Shown: piece by piece, positions 1 through 13,407 of the stretch
How positions within the stretch are numbered: the stretch's first letter is position 1
How the letters are laid out: the number at the start of each line of letters is the position of its first letter
Origin: the human T2T-CHM13v2.0 reference genome, Homo sapiens
DNA: 64,000 nucleotides
Reading direction: 5' to 3' (one strand)
Assembly: GCF_009914755.1 (NCBI RefSeq)
Contig: NC_060944.1
The notes under the pieces: model-generated
The model's database searches: none
Seen by the model: only the letters and a program-made list of their open reading frames with translations
What the model was told of the DNA's origin: nothing
Program-made: the position numbers and the translations under genes

Positions 1-1823
1 TCCTGGTTGAGTAAGTGATTTGGCATGGATAAACGGTTCAGACAGCTTTAGATCTCACCAGGCTTTGTACCCGCTTTTGATAATATTAAGAACTCCTCTG
101 AAAACAAAGGAGCCGTGTGATATAAGTATCAAAGCCTATGAAAATGACTAGATAATATTTAAAGGGAAAATTAATAAATTTAGACTACTTTGTGCTTTTT
201 TAAATTATGATTTTTATTAGGATTCATTAGGATTATAAAAAGTCTTGTAATGGCCAGACTTTTTTCTATGCTTCATGGCCAGAAGATTCCATGTCTCTTC
301 CTTGCCTGTGTTTTAAAATTTATAATCTTGTTTGCCTACTGCTGAAAAGTGTGGAAGAATCAGGAATAATGGCTCCCTTTGAAGCTCTGTCATTCCCAAA
401 GTAACCATCTGAATGCTAAAGAAATATTGTCATTTATGGAATGACCTTTTGCTCTTTGAATACTCAGACATTAATAAATGTTAAATGCTTAGCAATCCTA
501 GCAGCACTATGAAAAAGGTAAGTTGGGTCAGCAAATACCCTCTTGCATGCTTTTGATATGATGACCATTTCCACTTTTCTAACAGCTTTCTAATAGCAAA
601 AATGTATTTGGGAACAACAGTGGAATTTGTGTCATCATGACCAAATGATTACGGTGCAAACCCGAGATTCTTCTGGGGCCCAGCAGGCTTCTGGTCCCTA
701 TGGAAACGAAACCTCAGATATTGTCCTCCACTCAGCTGGAGGACGAAGCGCCAGGAGGCTTTTGTGCTTGGTGAGATTTCTTCCACAACCTTCCCGCAAC
801 AGACCCTAGTGCTTCCTCCAGACTCTTTTCTAATTGAGATGCAAATTAATCTCTCTGGCTGATTACACTTCCCTTAAAGCTACTGACAAATGCAGCTGTA
901 ACCAGAGTTTGCGGACTTTCCAACAAGTGACTTCAGCTGTCAGTATTTGCATGCTCAGCCAAGGCCCGCCCGCTCCCAGTCTCAGAGCCATGGAGAGCTT
1001 CCTTTAGGCATTACAAGCCTGTTTTATTTATGTGTATACAATTTACATACAATTAAGAGTTAAAAACAAAAAACCACAACTAGGTCCCTAGGATTTATAA
1101 ATGGACTCTGACAATGAAATTAGGCCTTTTCAGACACTTCTTTCTGACCCAGGTCTAGAGAGTCACTCCTTTCTCAGGAGGCCAAGGCTTTGATGGTACA
1201 TTTCCCTCCCACTTCCTTCTTGTCTGCAAGGTTTCTGACTTTAACAATGTTTGAATTCAATCTCTCTTTCAAAAACCAACTAAATAAACTAATGGCTCTA
1301 AGAAAATGGGATCACTTCCTTTATAGTGATCTCAATAAGATTCTGTTAATTTAAAATCAAATATGAAGTTACCATTCTAATTGCCAAGATTTCCATATAA
1401 ATGTGCTTCAACAACTTAGGGGTGATAATGTTAGAATGATTATTTAGAGCACAATAAAAATATGCACAAAACACCCAGTAAGAAGAAAAAAACACAAAAA
1501 CCAATTTTTCGGTAAAAATTATTTGCTTCCTCTTGAATCCTATCTATTTTTGAGTTCCTACTATGTGTCAGGTGCTATTTTAAGTGTTCAGGATCCAGCT
1601 GTAAACTAAACATTCAAAAATGGAAAAGAGAGAGTTAATGTATATTTATATACATACATATGCATACATATTCTATTCCTAAGGCTATATTTCACCTTAG
1701 GCAATTAAGGCCTTCAATTTTGAAAAAGTATCATTTTATAAAATATGATTTACTTTTGGCTTCTGTTTTCCAAAATGTTTCTTACCAAATTACTCTCCAG
1801 CTTCTTCCCTCCCCCCGCAGGCC

Positions 1824-1825
<2 letters not shown>

Positions 1826-1890
<65 letters not shown>
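1826..1890. repeat. (CA)~32 perfect microsatellite
   Basis: Read directly from the sequence. Confidence 0.98.
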
Positions 1891-1893
<3 letters not shown>

Positions 1894-4252
1894 CATACTA
1901 GGGGACAGCAGCAGAATGGACACAAGGCCCCCACTGGGAAAGCCAGCACTGTGGCAAGAGTGCCACATCTGAGACAGAGGATAGAGGAGGTTCAGGCTGG
2001 CAAGGAGTGAGTCAGAGCAGAGACGACTATGGGAGGGTGAGGGGTCCTTGGCACAGGAGGGCCTCAAGGGCAGTGTGAAGGGTGGGGTATAGCAGAGTGG
2101 CTGAGAGGAGACTCCCAGGTTAGGGGTCATCCCAGTGGGAAGCAGCACGCTCCCTATGATGGTTGGTAGTGAGATGCAGTGACCCACTGGGGATGGAGCT
2201 GAGAGAGGGGGGAAAGAGAGAAAGAAGGAAGAATGAGGCTGTTCCTGATATTCCCCTAGGGGGAGCATCAGCCTGGTTTCTCCACAGGCTGTGAGGTTGA
2301 GAATAACTTCTGAAGGGATGGTCTTTTTTCTAACAGTGAGATGTCACTCTATAGCAAAAATAGCAGAGTGTACCACCTTCTCTCGAGATTTCTCCTGCAC
2401 CTTCGCACTTCTCACGGGCCTCATTTCCATGCACCAAGAGTGGAGGGCAGCTCCTACCCCAGGGAACCAGCCTTTCACACAGAAGAGGACCTTCTGCAAG
2501 GCACTGAATGAACAGCATTCTACCAGCCTTTATTTTAATACCCACAATGGTAAAAAAGTAAATATTTCCTGAGGCCTAACTCCACAGTTAGGTGGTTCCA
2601 TTTTTACAACAGAGGTTTGAAACTCCAGTATCTGCAAGGGCCAGGCTGATAATATACAACAATTGCAGGTAACGTTTGCTGGGCTTTCACCAAGGAACAG
2701 GCACTGTTTTACCTGCTTGGCCCATTAGCCCTCTCACCAACTCAGAGAGACCAAATGGTGGGTGCCATGGTGGTGGTGCCTGGCACCAGGCCTCAGCACT
2801 GGGGAGACACCAGGAGGGACTGTGGTGACCGTGACAGCACATATTCTGTGGAGAGACTGCTGTCAGTAGAAGGAAGGCCCCATAGGGTCAGATATTCTGA
2901 TTCTTCAGGAGAAGTCAAAAGTCTAGATTTTTTAAAAATGCAAACTCTCCCAATTTTTCAGCATGGCTGACAAACTCAATTTTTAGTTTAGTTTTTTGGT
3001 AATGTGAGGAGGACAACTGCAGTTAAAACAAAGCCCATCTGTGGGCTGGATTTGGTGTGCTGGCAGCTGGTCTGCCCACTCTGGTTTTTGAATGTTTGAC
3101 TTGACACTGAGATAAAGCTGCTTCCTGGTTGCTTCTATTCACTGGTCACAGTTCTGCAGACTGCCATCCTCTTTTAATACCTCTCAGACTCCTGAAACAA
3201 TTACTTCTTGGTTTTAATGGCTCTCCATTTGGTTACAATTTCTCTGGATTGGCTCTGGGTTGGTCGAGGTCCCTTTTAAAATGTGGCCCCAGGGCTGCAC
3301 ACCACCTTTGGATGCTCCCTGAGGCTGCAGGAGCACAGGCCGTAGTTCCTGTGACTGGACCTCATGTTTCCTATGCAGAGGTCTCAAGAGAATGCTGGTG
3401 TGGCTGGCTGTTGCATCACTCTCATCTCTCATCTCCAATCTGTGGCCAACCGAAATCCTCAGACATTGTTCACAATGACTGCTATGAAACCACATCACTC
3501 TCACCCTGTACTCAGGCAGCTGATTATCCAAAGCCCAGTACATAACGTTACATTTTGCCCTCTTAAACCTCATCTTGCTGGCTTGGGCCTGGAAGTCTCT
3601 CATCTGTTGAGATAATCCTAATGTGTGACTTTGCATCGTGTCAAATTAGTTAACCCTCTCAGCTTTCTGACAAATGGTGGCTTGATAAACATGTTTTAGA
3701 CCTTTATGAAAGTTACTGAAAAAACTGCTGACTGGAAGACGGGTTAACAGCAAAGCTGTGGCATCGAAACCATACAAGACACACAAAGCTTCTTGCTGAC
3801 TGGTGCCCATGAATTAATGTATTTTAGATTTGGTCACAGTGAAATCACCCAACTCTCAGGGGCCCATATTTCTCTCTTATACCTGCCAGATGATAGTATT
3901 TTATTTTATATTTTACCAAAATCAAGATGTATATGCTTCCTCTAATCTCCGAAAATAGTAATCTTATAAAACACACAGTAAGTGTGTTCCGGATACTTTG
4001 TCAACATATTCATTTCTGAAGGCTCACAGGCTATTTAGTAACCTAGTCTAATAATTTTACAAAGGATCCATGCAACATTCCAAAATTCATCCTTTAATCC
4101 TTTTTGAAAACAAAATATTTTCCTGTTTCCAATTTTGGGTACATCCTTTATTCTACATGATTTCTAAAAAAATATTTCTTGTGGTTCTGAGATTATTTGT
4201 TCTACAGCCAGATACACGTGGCCCTGCAGTCTGGAGCTTAGGTGCAAGAGCC

Positions 4253-4284
<32 letters not shown>
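4253..4284. repeat. (ATTG)8 tetranucleotide repeat
   Basis: Read directly from the sequence. Confidence 0.95.
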
Positions 4285-4285
<1 letters not shown>

Positions 4286-5632
4286 ATTCTTAGCGACTTG
4301 AGTTTTAATTTATCCACTTAGGCACTTCTCTGTCCCTTCCCATTTGAAGGAGATGTGATAGAGAAGACGGAAGTCATTCAGATACTGGCTAACAGTGCCC
4401 ACCTGCTAATTTACAGAGTCAAGAGCTCCTCTTTGAATCTTGATGTGAGTATTTTAACTATGAACGCATCAGAGAACGCAACCTTGTGCAGCTATATTGG
4501 TTGCTCCTCCAGGCCTCCCCTTTTTCTTTCTCAGAGGAATAATTTTAAGTTTTTAATAAAAATCCCCTTATTAAAAATCTCTAATTCCTCATTCCCTTTT
4601 ACAGTCTCAGCCCACCCAGGGGAATATGCTATTTCTTCCTCTGAACTCTTCTTTTTGTAAGGTGCTTCCCAAGTGTCTAGGGTACAGGTCTACCAACATT
4701 TTTTTCCCATTCTTCTTCTTCTTTTTTCCCTCCCATTCTTATACAAACTCTACTGAAAGCTCATTACTTTTTGCAACGTCCAACGTCAAAAATCCATTCC
4801 TTCAAATTACTAAGAAATGGATCCAAAACAAAAATAGTAGTGCCTCTTGTTTGCATCTCTCAGAAGAGAGATGAGATTGTCTGCCAGCCAGGAATTTATC
4901 AAACACATGTCACCTTTGGTTGAATGTATGTCAGAGCTGATATCAAGTAGTAGAAATCCCCACTACAGCTATATTTTGCTTTGGGCCTGTTTAGAAATTT
5001 GGATTAGAAAAGCATGGCCATCCCTCCCATCTGGGGGTATAACTCCATTCTGGCTGCCGCTCTTCAATGCAGCCCCTCTCCCCATGCATTTTTCATTCAC
5101 AGGCACGTGTTGACCTCACTCAGGAGTGTTTTCTTTGTGGTGCTGCTACTATCTGATATGTTTTAACATCTTACCTTGCAGTAATTCAGTTCTAGGTCCT
5201 CTTATACCCAATCCTCCAGGTGAAGACTTGAGTCTGCTAGAACCAGTCATGAATAAAACCACCCAGTAGGATGTCTCTTTCTTGGCCAGTCTGCTGAAAC
5301 TAACCCTTCATTTCTCTCTTTCCTGCTTTTCTGTGAAACCATTCTCTCCTATTCCCGTCTTTCTTTATCTCTGCCCCCTCCTTTCAAGCCATTTCTTCAA
5401 ATGGCCCAGAGAGTTCTGTCTGCGATTCTGTTCTCATACCACCAAGAGACCACCGTTCTATTCTTCTCATTCTCTCCACACCCCCACAAATCTAGCAGGT
5501 CCCACACTGACTTAGTCCACCTCCTTTACCTAGATATCCAATCCATCATCCCTGCCACTGCCTTCGACGAGACCCCTGCTCTCTCTCAGAACCCCGTCCA
5601 TGGCCCCTTAAATGTTTCCATCACCTCCATCC

Positions 5633-5638
5633 TGTGTG

Positions 5639-5680
<42 letters not shown>
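5633..5680. repeat. Interrupted (TG)n microsatellite
   Basis: Read directly; one TT interruption. Confidence 0.95.
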
Positions 5681-5681
<1 letters not shown>

Positions 5682-7285
5682 ATTCTATACTCTGCCATAT
5701 GGAAGCATCTGTCATTCTCAAATGTGATAATATGATGTGCTCTTTCAAAGCCTGGTCCATGAACAAACATTGGCCCCTCATTTGGAGTATCTTCACATTT
5801 CTATTCCTAGCGGCAACGACTGTGCCTGGCACATGGCAGGGGCACTGTAAATGTTGACGAATGCTAACTGGTGCTGCCCGGCAAAATAGAACACATGGTA
5901 CCATTTGACTTATTTTCTGAAATGTATGGAGATGAATGGAAAAAATAAAGATCTGTCCAGGAAAAAGAACCAAAGATCCCACTGAACAAGAAAGAAACAA
6001 GGTTGTTATAGCTTTAGGGAGAGGAGTCATTTTTGAAGATGTGAAAATTCGTAGCAGAATTTAGCAATGAGATTCCAAAGTCATGGGTCTAAGAGGGGAC
6101 ACTCTGGTACTATCAAACACATATGTTAACTGAAAATGAAAGTACATTTCACTTGTGAAAGAATGAGATACAAAATTATTTTTTCTTAGGCAGCCCAGTT
6201 CTCTCCATCAAATGCTGATAGTTACAGCGAGTAGAGATGGTGAATGCCATTGAGACTATTGTTCTATTGAAGTGGACGTTTATTTTAAAAAGCCACCATC
6301 TGTTTGATTCAGGGTGAACTCCTCCTAACGGGCACACTGCATATTGTGTGGCAACCTTTTCCCTGAAACAAGTTATTTGATGAGAAGAATGAAAACCTTG
6401 GCTCAAATGGTTGTGGAAACGTCTATCAGTTGACCACGGTTTGATTTTGGAATCTTTAGTCGGCTTGGGAATGGTAAACATAACATGTGGCAAGCTTCCC
6501 ATTTACAACCCTCTAGGCACAGGAATAGGCTCTTTGATTGCCCATGAGGGATAGAAAAAGCAGATGGCAGGTGAGTTGGCCCTCATCACTCAGAAAAGCA
6601 GTGGCCACAAGATGAAGGCTCCACTTGACAAATTTGATTTAGCCTGCAGAGGACATCACAGGAGAACCCAGGAGGGACAAAGGGGCTGCGATGAACCGTT
6701 CCTGAGGGTGCTTTCCAAAGATACCCCTACTGTGCTTACATTTTTTTTTAATCATATAAGACAATGGTATTTTTCAGTCTTCTATGTGCCTTTGCTGCAG
6801 AGTTCCAACTGTTAACTCAGCCAAGGGCTCCCAAATAAGAACTGCTTTGATATTGATTCTAACTGCATTTACTTCTCAAAAAGACCCCCAAAGGGAAAAT
6901 TTGCTCCAGCAATGCCCCCATCCTTAGCTTAATTAGAAATGTTTCATTTTCTTAAACATAGCGAACAAAATTAATATGTAACTGCCCACATTTCCACTTC
7001 TAGTTAAATATTATAAAAACTAAAGCCCAACTGACACGATTTTAAGGCAGTAAGTATCAGTCATTAGCTGGGGAGAGGACAGAGAGATAAGAAAAACTAC
7101 TCCAAAGTAATTCCACTGGCTCGTTTCTTTAGTTGTCATCTTAGCACAGCATCCAGAGTAAACTCCCACAGCTGCCTGATGTCAGGTGCAATAAGTGGGG
7201 AGGGAGTGTAGGGCCCATCATGCCCAGCATGTGTAATCTCCCCAAGGGCTGAGGAGATCAGCAGTACCTTGGGCACACCTAGAAC

Positions 7286-7460
7286 CGGGGCTGGCTATAT
7301 AACCTGAGGGTCCCAGTGCAAAATGAAAATATAGGGCTCCTTTTTCAAAAAATAGGAAAAAATGCCTTTAAAGGTCCTAAAATATAAAGGTTTTCCTATT
7401 TGTCTGCAATCTCTCAACTTGTCATGGTATTTTTTATTTGCTATTTAATGTTATTCTAAC
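7286..7460. mobile_element. hAT-type DNA transposon (MER-class) terminal fragment
   Basis: ggggctggctatataacctgagggtcccagtgcaaaatgaaaat resembles hAT-Tip100 MER ends; family not certain. Confidence 0.5.
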
Positions 7461-9510
7461 ATTACTGTTTTCCATTTTATTTGTTTTCTCTTATTATATT
7501 CCTTATTTCTGTCCTGAATATTAGCCCTTCTGCAGACAGAAATTAAAAGAATAGAGTAGTTAAATGATTGCAAAGTTTTCCCCACTAACTCCATCTCTAT
7601 AAAAAATTAGGTATAACAGTTGATTTCTTGTTTTAAACAATTTATTTGAATAATACCAATTAAATTTTCTCCAGGTACAAGACAAAAAAAAGTTTAAAAT
7701 ATTGATAATGATCAACATAATAGTTTTTAAAATATTTTTCCTAATTTCTGTACTACATTGTTGTTTGAGATGTCAAGTTAGCTATTTTGTGAGTTAGAGT
7801 ACATTTACTAACACACAATAGCATCAGTAGCCCTAGCTGGTATCCACATTAGTCCTGATGTGTCACTGCTTGAAAAGTTTTCAAAGTGATTCTGAATAGT
7901 ATCCTTTGAACTTTTAAAAATACCATTTTCCCTAAACCTGATCATTCCAATTGTATCACATTAATTCTTATTTGAGAAAGCAGTGTTAAACAAAATAACA
8001 AAGCAAGTATTTTATAATGAGAAGTTCAGTAAGTAGAGAAGGTGACATGACAAAAGTCACAATGGAATTAATATAAAATGGAATTTTCTCATTTGTAAAA
8101 TAAGATTTTTTTTTTTTTTTTTTTTTTGCTGCCTTGGTCCAACATACTTGACTGATGCGTGCCCAGCTCGTCCTAGTTGACATGCAAACTGACAAACTAA
8201 TCGCTGAATAGTTCTTTCTCATTTCTGCCAAGAGGCTCTTTTTAATAGTATGTGAAATAAAAACTCCATGCTGAAGGCCAAATTGACACCAGCCACAAGA
8301 TTACGTCTACAGTGTTGTGGAAATCACTGCAAAGAATGCCATCTCCAAAACACTCACCACCAGCCTGGACAAAGCACGAGAGAGTACACTGAAGGGAATA
8401 ATCCTGCCCTGGCCCCCAGGGGAGGGACCAGATGGGACCTAATAGCTCTTTTCTACTACTCATTTCTATGATAATTTTAAGTTGCCACATGGCATATGTA
8501 TTTTTTTTTAATCTAAAGGCAGAATATCAGTCAATGAAGTGACCAGGATTTTAATGAAAGGTATTTTTTCATGAACCGTATCTATTCACATGGGATAGTT
8601 TTCATCTACCCCCAACTCTCACTTGCTATAGCAACACATCACTTACTATCAGGTTGGGAGAAGTATATATAGAGGTCAAACACAATATGTTTCAAATTAT
8701 TATCAATACCAATTAGAAACAAAGAGATTCTAAGTTTTATTAGGAGGTCACTTTTTTTGCATCAATTTTATAAGGTCACCCATCTTAATCTCTTTTTCTT
8801 ATAACTTGAGATCATGCTTGAATTTAAGGACTACAGCAGGCCAATTAATGTTTGAGGAAAAAATTTTAGGAGTGAAATTTATTCTGTTTTTGGAAACAAA
8901 ATCAGGAACTAGAGAAAATATCAATGATTTGGGAAAATTACAAAAGAATTTCTAGCTATTCCTATTGATAAGTCCAAATGCAACTTAATTCAGGACATCT
9001 TTCCCTCTACCCTCAACCAAATGCAATTTCTATCTCCTCTGATCTTCCAGAAACCTACTTGCACTTCTCAGGTGGTACCTGCCACATTCTTTGATTTATT
9101 AGGGTCATTTCATTTGCTTTGGTTTCTGGTAGGCACTCTGAATGAGCGATACGTTTTGCTCAGCATCCCACCTTATATACAATGGACTGCCACAAATAAG
9201 AGGGATACAGGATGAGACTGAACGTGGGGCAAAATACCTAAGAAGATATGAGCATCTCATAATGGTCACAGCTTCTCAGACACAAACGTATGTGAGTAAA
9301 TTATGAAAGTAAACTCTAAGTTTAATGCAGCATAAAATTATTATATTTAATATAAATTAACAAATGCTATGAAAAACCACTATGTTATTTTTAACAGAGG
9401 TTGAAAAAAATTCTCTTCCCTCTTCAATTCAGTTTTGAATACTTACCTCTTATGAAAAACTGCCAGGAATCTTGATTCTGGGATGGTTAGTAAGTTACAC
9501 ATTTAAAGCA

Positions 9511-9519
9511 AAAAGATAC
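9511..9519 (-). promoter_or_regulatory. U12-type (minor spliceosome) 5' splice site GTATCTTTT
   Basis: 8/9 match to the U12 consensus GTATCCTTT; TT|GTATCT is a very poor U2 donor. Confidence 0.75.
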
Positions 9520-9647
9520 AAGCTCTGGTAGAGTGGGATGAGGCACTTCACAGCCCTGCTGGCGTTGATGCACGTGGCACATACAAGGCTTGGCAGCAGC
9601 TTCCCACTCACTATGGCTCCATCAAACAGAGGCCCAAAAAATGGAAC
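9520..9647 (-). CDS. RALGAPA2: RALGAPA2 GAP C-terminal exon ([42 protein letters not shown]), 128 nt, phase 0/2
   Basis: caacag acceptor; FGPL and AT..NA motifs of the RapGAP C-terminus; ends at TT|gtatctttt (U12-like donor); too short for the ORF track. Confidence 0.93.
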
Positions 9648-10183
9648 CTGTTGATTTGAAATGGAAAAACAAATTTTAAAAACTGATAAAAGTCAAATCA
9701 AAGATATGAGAGTAGCTGACTGATGTCAGACCTGCAATGAGCACTTAAGCTGTCACCCACAGAGCAGACGCTGACCTTAACAGGACACAGGTCTAGGGCT
9801 TTCAAATTGAGTGAAGCAGGACTGCCCCACAATGCTCCTTTACTAGGGATTCTTCAGCAAAACTTTCAATGACAAAATTTTACCAGGTTCTTCGTTTTTT
9901 CTCTTCTGTTGTCATTTACAGAAATGGTGTTGCTCTTAAGTGCCTACATCATGTGAATTATGCATGATACACAGACATGCTTCACTGCACACTATCCTTG
10001 CATCTGTCTGAAACCAGTTATGGAACTGGTAATGTTCCTGCCATGGGTCCTGATGTATATTAACTCTTAAAGGAGATGATGATGATCCCTGTCAACAACT
10101 ACAAAGTCCTACACAGTCCTCATTCTTCTCGACCTTTTCCCCCTCTGCTTCCAAGATACTGCATTACCTTCATTTCCTTCTAC

Positions 10184-10334
10184 TTTTTTTTGAGACAGGG
10201 TCTCCTTCTCTCACCCAAACTGGAGTGTAGTGGCACAATCATAGCCCATTGCAGCCTGGAACTTCTGGGCTCAAGCATCCTCCCACCTCAGTCTCCTGAG
10301 TAGCTGGGATTACAGTTGCACCACCACACCCAGC
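10184..10334 (-). mobile_element. Alu right-arm monomer (FRAM/AluJ-like)
   Basis: T-run followed by gagacagggtct...ctgggattacag...ccacacccagc. Confidence 0.85.
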
Positions 10335-10549
10335 TTCTGTTTTTAATAGAGACTGGCTTTTCTTAGCTGAACCCATTTCTGTTATGTGGAAAACTCACAA
10401 GTTTCTGTGCTTGCCTTTTTTGGATTTATTTCTTCTCTCTCCTTTTTCCCCCATTAGAATTTCTTTAATTTTATTCAGTAACATGCAGATTGTAAGTTCC
10501 ATGAGATCACAATTCTTACATGAGCTCCATGAGATCATGTAACTCTTAT

Positions 10550-11720
10550 ATTCATTCACTTATTACTCCCCTATTCATGTATTCAGAAAATATTTATTAT
10601 GTGTTGGACACTGTTCTACTCACTGCAGAAACAACAGTGAATAGTACAAAAATCCCTGAATTTATTGAGCTTGGAATTTATTGGAGATTTTAGAGAATAA
10701 ACAGTATAAACATATAAAATATATGACAGGCAGGAAAAGTGCTAAGGTAAAAATAAAGCAGGGAAGAGCAATATAACTTTATTTTTGGGAGGGGTCTCCA
10801 GTTGGCTCTAATGGCCAGGGTGGGCTTTAAGAAGAGGATGACATTTCAGTAAAGGCCTAAAGAAAGTGATGAATGAACCACAAGCTATGAGAACATCTAA
10901 CGGAAGAACATTCCAGGCAGAGTAACAGCACAGGCCTTGTGGTGGGAGTAGAATTAGTATGTTTAAGCAACCATGGCTGGGGCCAAGCGAGAAAAAGGAA
11001 GAATTAAGAGCTAAAGTCAAGCAGGTCACAAGGGGTGCTTTATAGGAAGTTTTAAGGGTTCTGGATTTCTGTTCTGAGTAAGATCAAATCCTCCTGAGGA
11101 TTTAGGGAAGCAGGGGATATGATCTAAAATACATTTTAAAGGTATTGTTTTGGCACCTGTGTTGACAAAACTGCAAAGGGGAATTATGGAGACTAGCTGG
11201 TGACTACTGAATAAAGCAAGAGATGGTGGTAATGGCTTGGATCAGAATGGCAGCAGAAGTGGAGAAAGGTGACAGATATATTTTGAAGGTAGAGTTGTCA
11301 GGATTTGTTGAGGATGGTTAATGAGGTGGGAGAGACAGAGAGGTGTCAAGGATGATGCCACAGTTTCTGGCCTGGCCATTGGAAGGCTGGAGCTACGTTT
11401 TCCTGAAATGGAGAAGACTGAGAGGGAGGGTCAATAGCTCAACTTCAGACATGCTAAGTTAGAGATGCCTACTGGGTATCCAGTGATGATGTATTGGGCA
11501 GGAGTAGCTATACCATGCTAGAGTCAGGGGAAAGGCCTAGGTTGAAGCTGTTCACTTAGAGATGATGTTTCTAGCCATGAGATCACATAACATCAACAAA
11601 AGATCAAGAAAAGAGACTCAATGACTATATCCTCTGGCCTTCCAATGTTTAGAGCTTAGAGACATGAGAAACAATTAGAAAAGAAAGAGTGGCTGGAGAT
11701 GGAGCAAGAAAACCCCTTCT
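10550..11720 (-). mobile_element. LINE-2 (L2) 3' portion
   Basis: cattcattc/atatttatt 3' end and purine-rich L2 body (ttttgaaggtagag..caggatttg, gtcaaggatgatgcc, agacatgctaagttagagatgcc). Confidence 0.7.
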
Positions 11721-11959
11721 GAGTAGCACTGTACCTGACACACAATTGGAAGGCAAATACCTGCTAAATGAGTTACATTCATTAATATTTTAAATAATTT
11801 AAATTAATGAATGTGGGTCTCCATCCTAGGTCTTTAAACTTTTCTCAAAAACTATTTATTTGTAAAGCCCCTTTTCTGTGGTTGGCATTGGTGAAGGTGC
11901 TTGGGATACAATAATGAAGGAGAGACTGTCTCTGCCCATAAAGAGCTGACATGGTAAGA

Positions 11960-13368
11960 AAACTATGGACTAATATCTCTCAGCAATGATGCAAAAATCC
12001 TTTATAATTTTTTTGTAAATTAAACCCAGCAAGATAAAAAAGGACAATATATCTTATCAAGCAGAATTTTCCATTGGAACTCAAGGTTCATTTAACATTC
12101 ATAAATCCATCAGTGCAATTTATTTTTGCAATGTGCAAAAATCCACATTGACAAAATACAGAATAAAAACCATATGACTTTAACAGACACAGAACAAGCA
12201 TTAAATAAAATTTAACTCTCACTCATAATTAGAAAAACAAAACAGAACAAAAACTCTCAGCAAACCAGGAATAGAAGGGAAATGCCTCAATTTAATGAGA
12301 GCTTAAAGGGGGAAAAAGGTGTCATAATTAATGATGAAAGATTAAGTATTTTCTAAAAGAGATCTGAAAAGGCAAGGATGTCTATGTTCACCTCTTCTAC
12401 TCAACATTTTTGAAGATCCTAGTCACTACAATAAAGAAAATTAAGAGAAAGAAAGAAGAAGGGCAGGGGAGAAGAGGGGAACATAAAGGTTAGAAAGAAG
12501 TAAAACTGTTTTTATTCACAGATATCATGATTATGTATATGAAAAGTCCAAAGAATTTAACTAGAATTAGTGAGTGAATTTTGATAAGCCTCAGAAAACA
12601 ATATACTCCTCAAATCAGTTATATTTCTGAATGTTAGCAACCAACAATTGGGAAAAGACATGTAAAAATGTTGTTTATAACTGCATCAAAACAGAATGAA
12701 TTTGATAAAAGAATGTGCAAGACATCTATATTGAAAACTACCAAACAGTGATGAGATAAATTAAAGACAAGCTAAATAAATGGAAAGATGTACAATGTTC
12801 ATGGACTGGAAGTTTCAATATTGTTAAGATGTCAATTCTGCTAACATTAAGCTATAGATTCAACAAAACCCAATCAAAATTCTGGCAAGCCTTTAAAAAA
12901 TATACATGTACCGAATACTTCTAAGTTCATAAGGAAATGAAAAGACATAAATTAGTCAAGATGATAATAAGAAGACTTATATTACCTAATTTCATGGCAC
13001 ACTATAAAAATATAATAATTAAGAAATCATTATAGTGGTACCAGGATAAACAAATATTTCAATAAAACACAATACAGAGTCCAAGAATAGAGCCATACCT
13101 ACATGGTAATTGATTTGCAATAAAGGCAGCATATCAGTTTGGTGGAAGAAAAAAGCCTGTTTCAATAAAGACACTGGAACAACTGGAGAGCCATATGGAA
13201 AAGTGAACCTTGACCTTCATCTCATATCACACACAAAAATTGAGAGGGTTATAGACTGAAATATTAAAGCTAAAACCATAAAGCCTCCAGAAAAAAAATA
13301 TGACAAAATTGCCACGACCTTAGGATAGGCAAGGATTTTTTAGGGTACAAAAGGCATAAATCATAAAA

Positions 13369-13407
<39 letters not shown>

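Noticed and set aside
1660-2268. HT/VC-repeat ORFs (also at 5401-6030, 27322-27660 and 48658-49047)
   Set aside because: Produced by translating CA/TG microsatellites and Alu sequence
5175-5236. Possible cryptic exon with a strong AAG|gtaaga donor inside the minor intron
   Set aside because: Acceptor tract is poor and nothing else supports it
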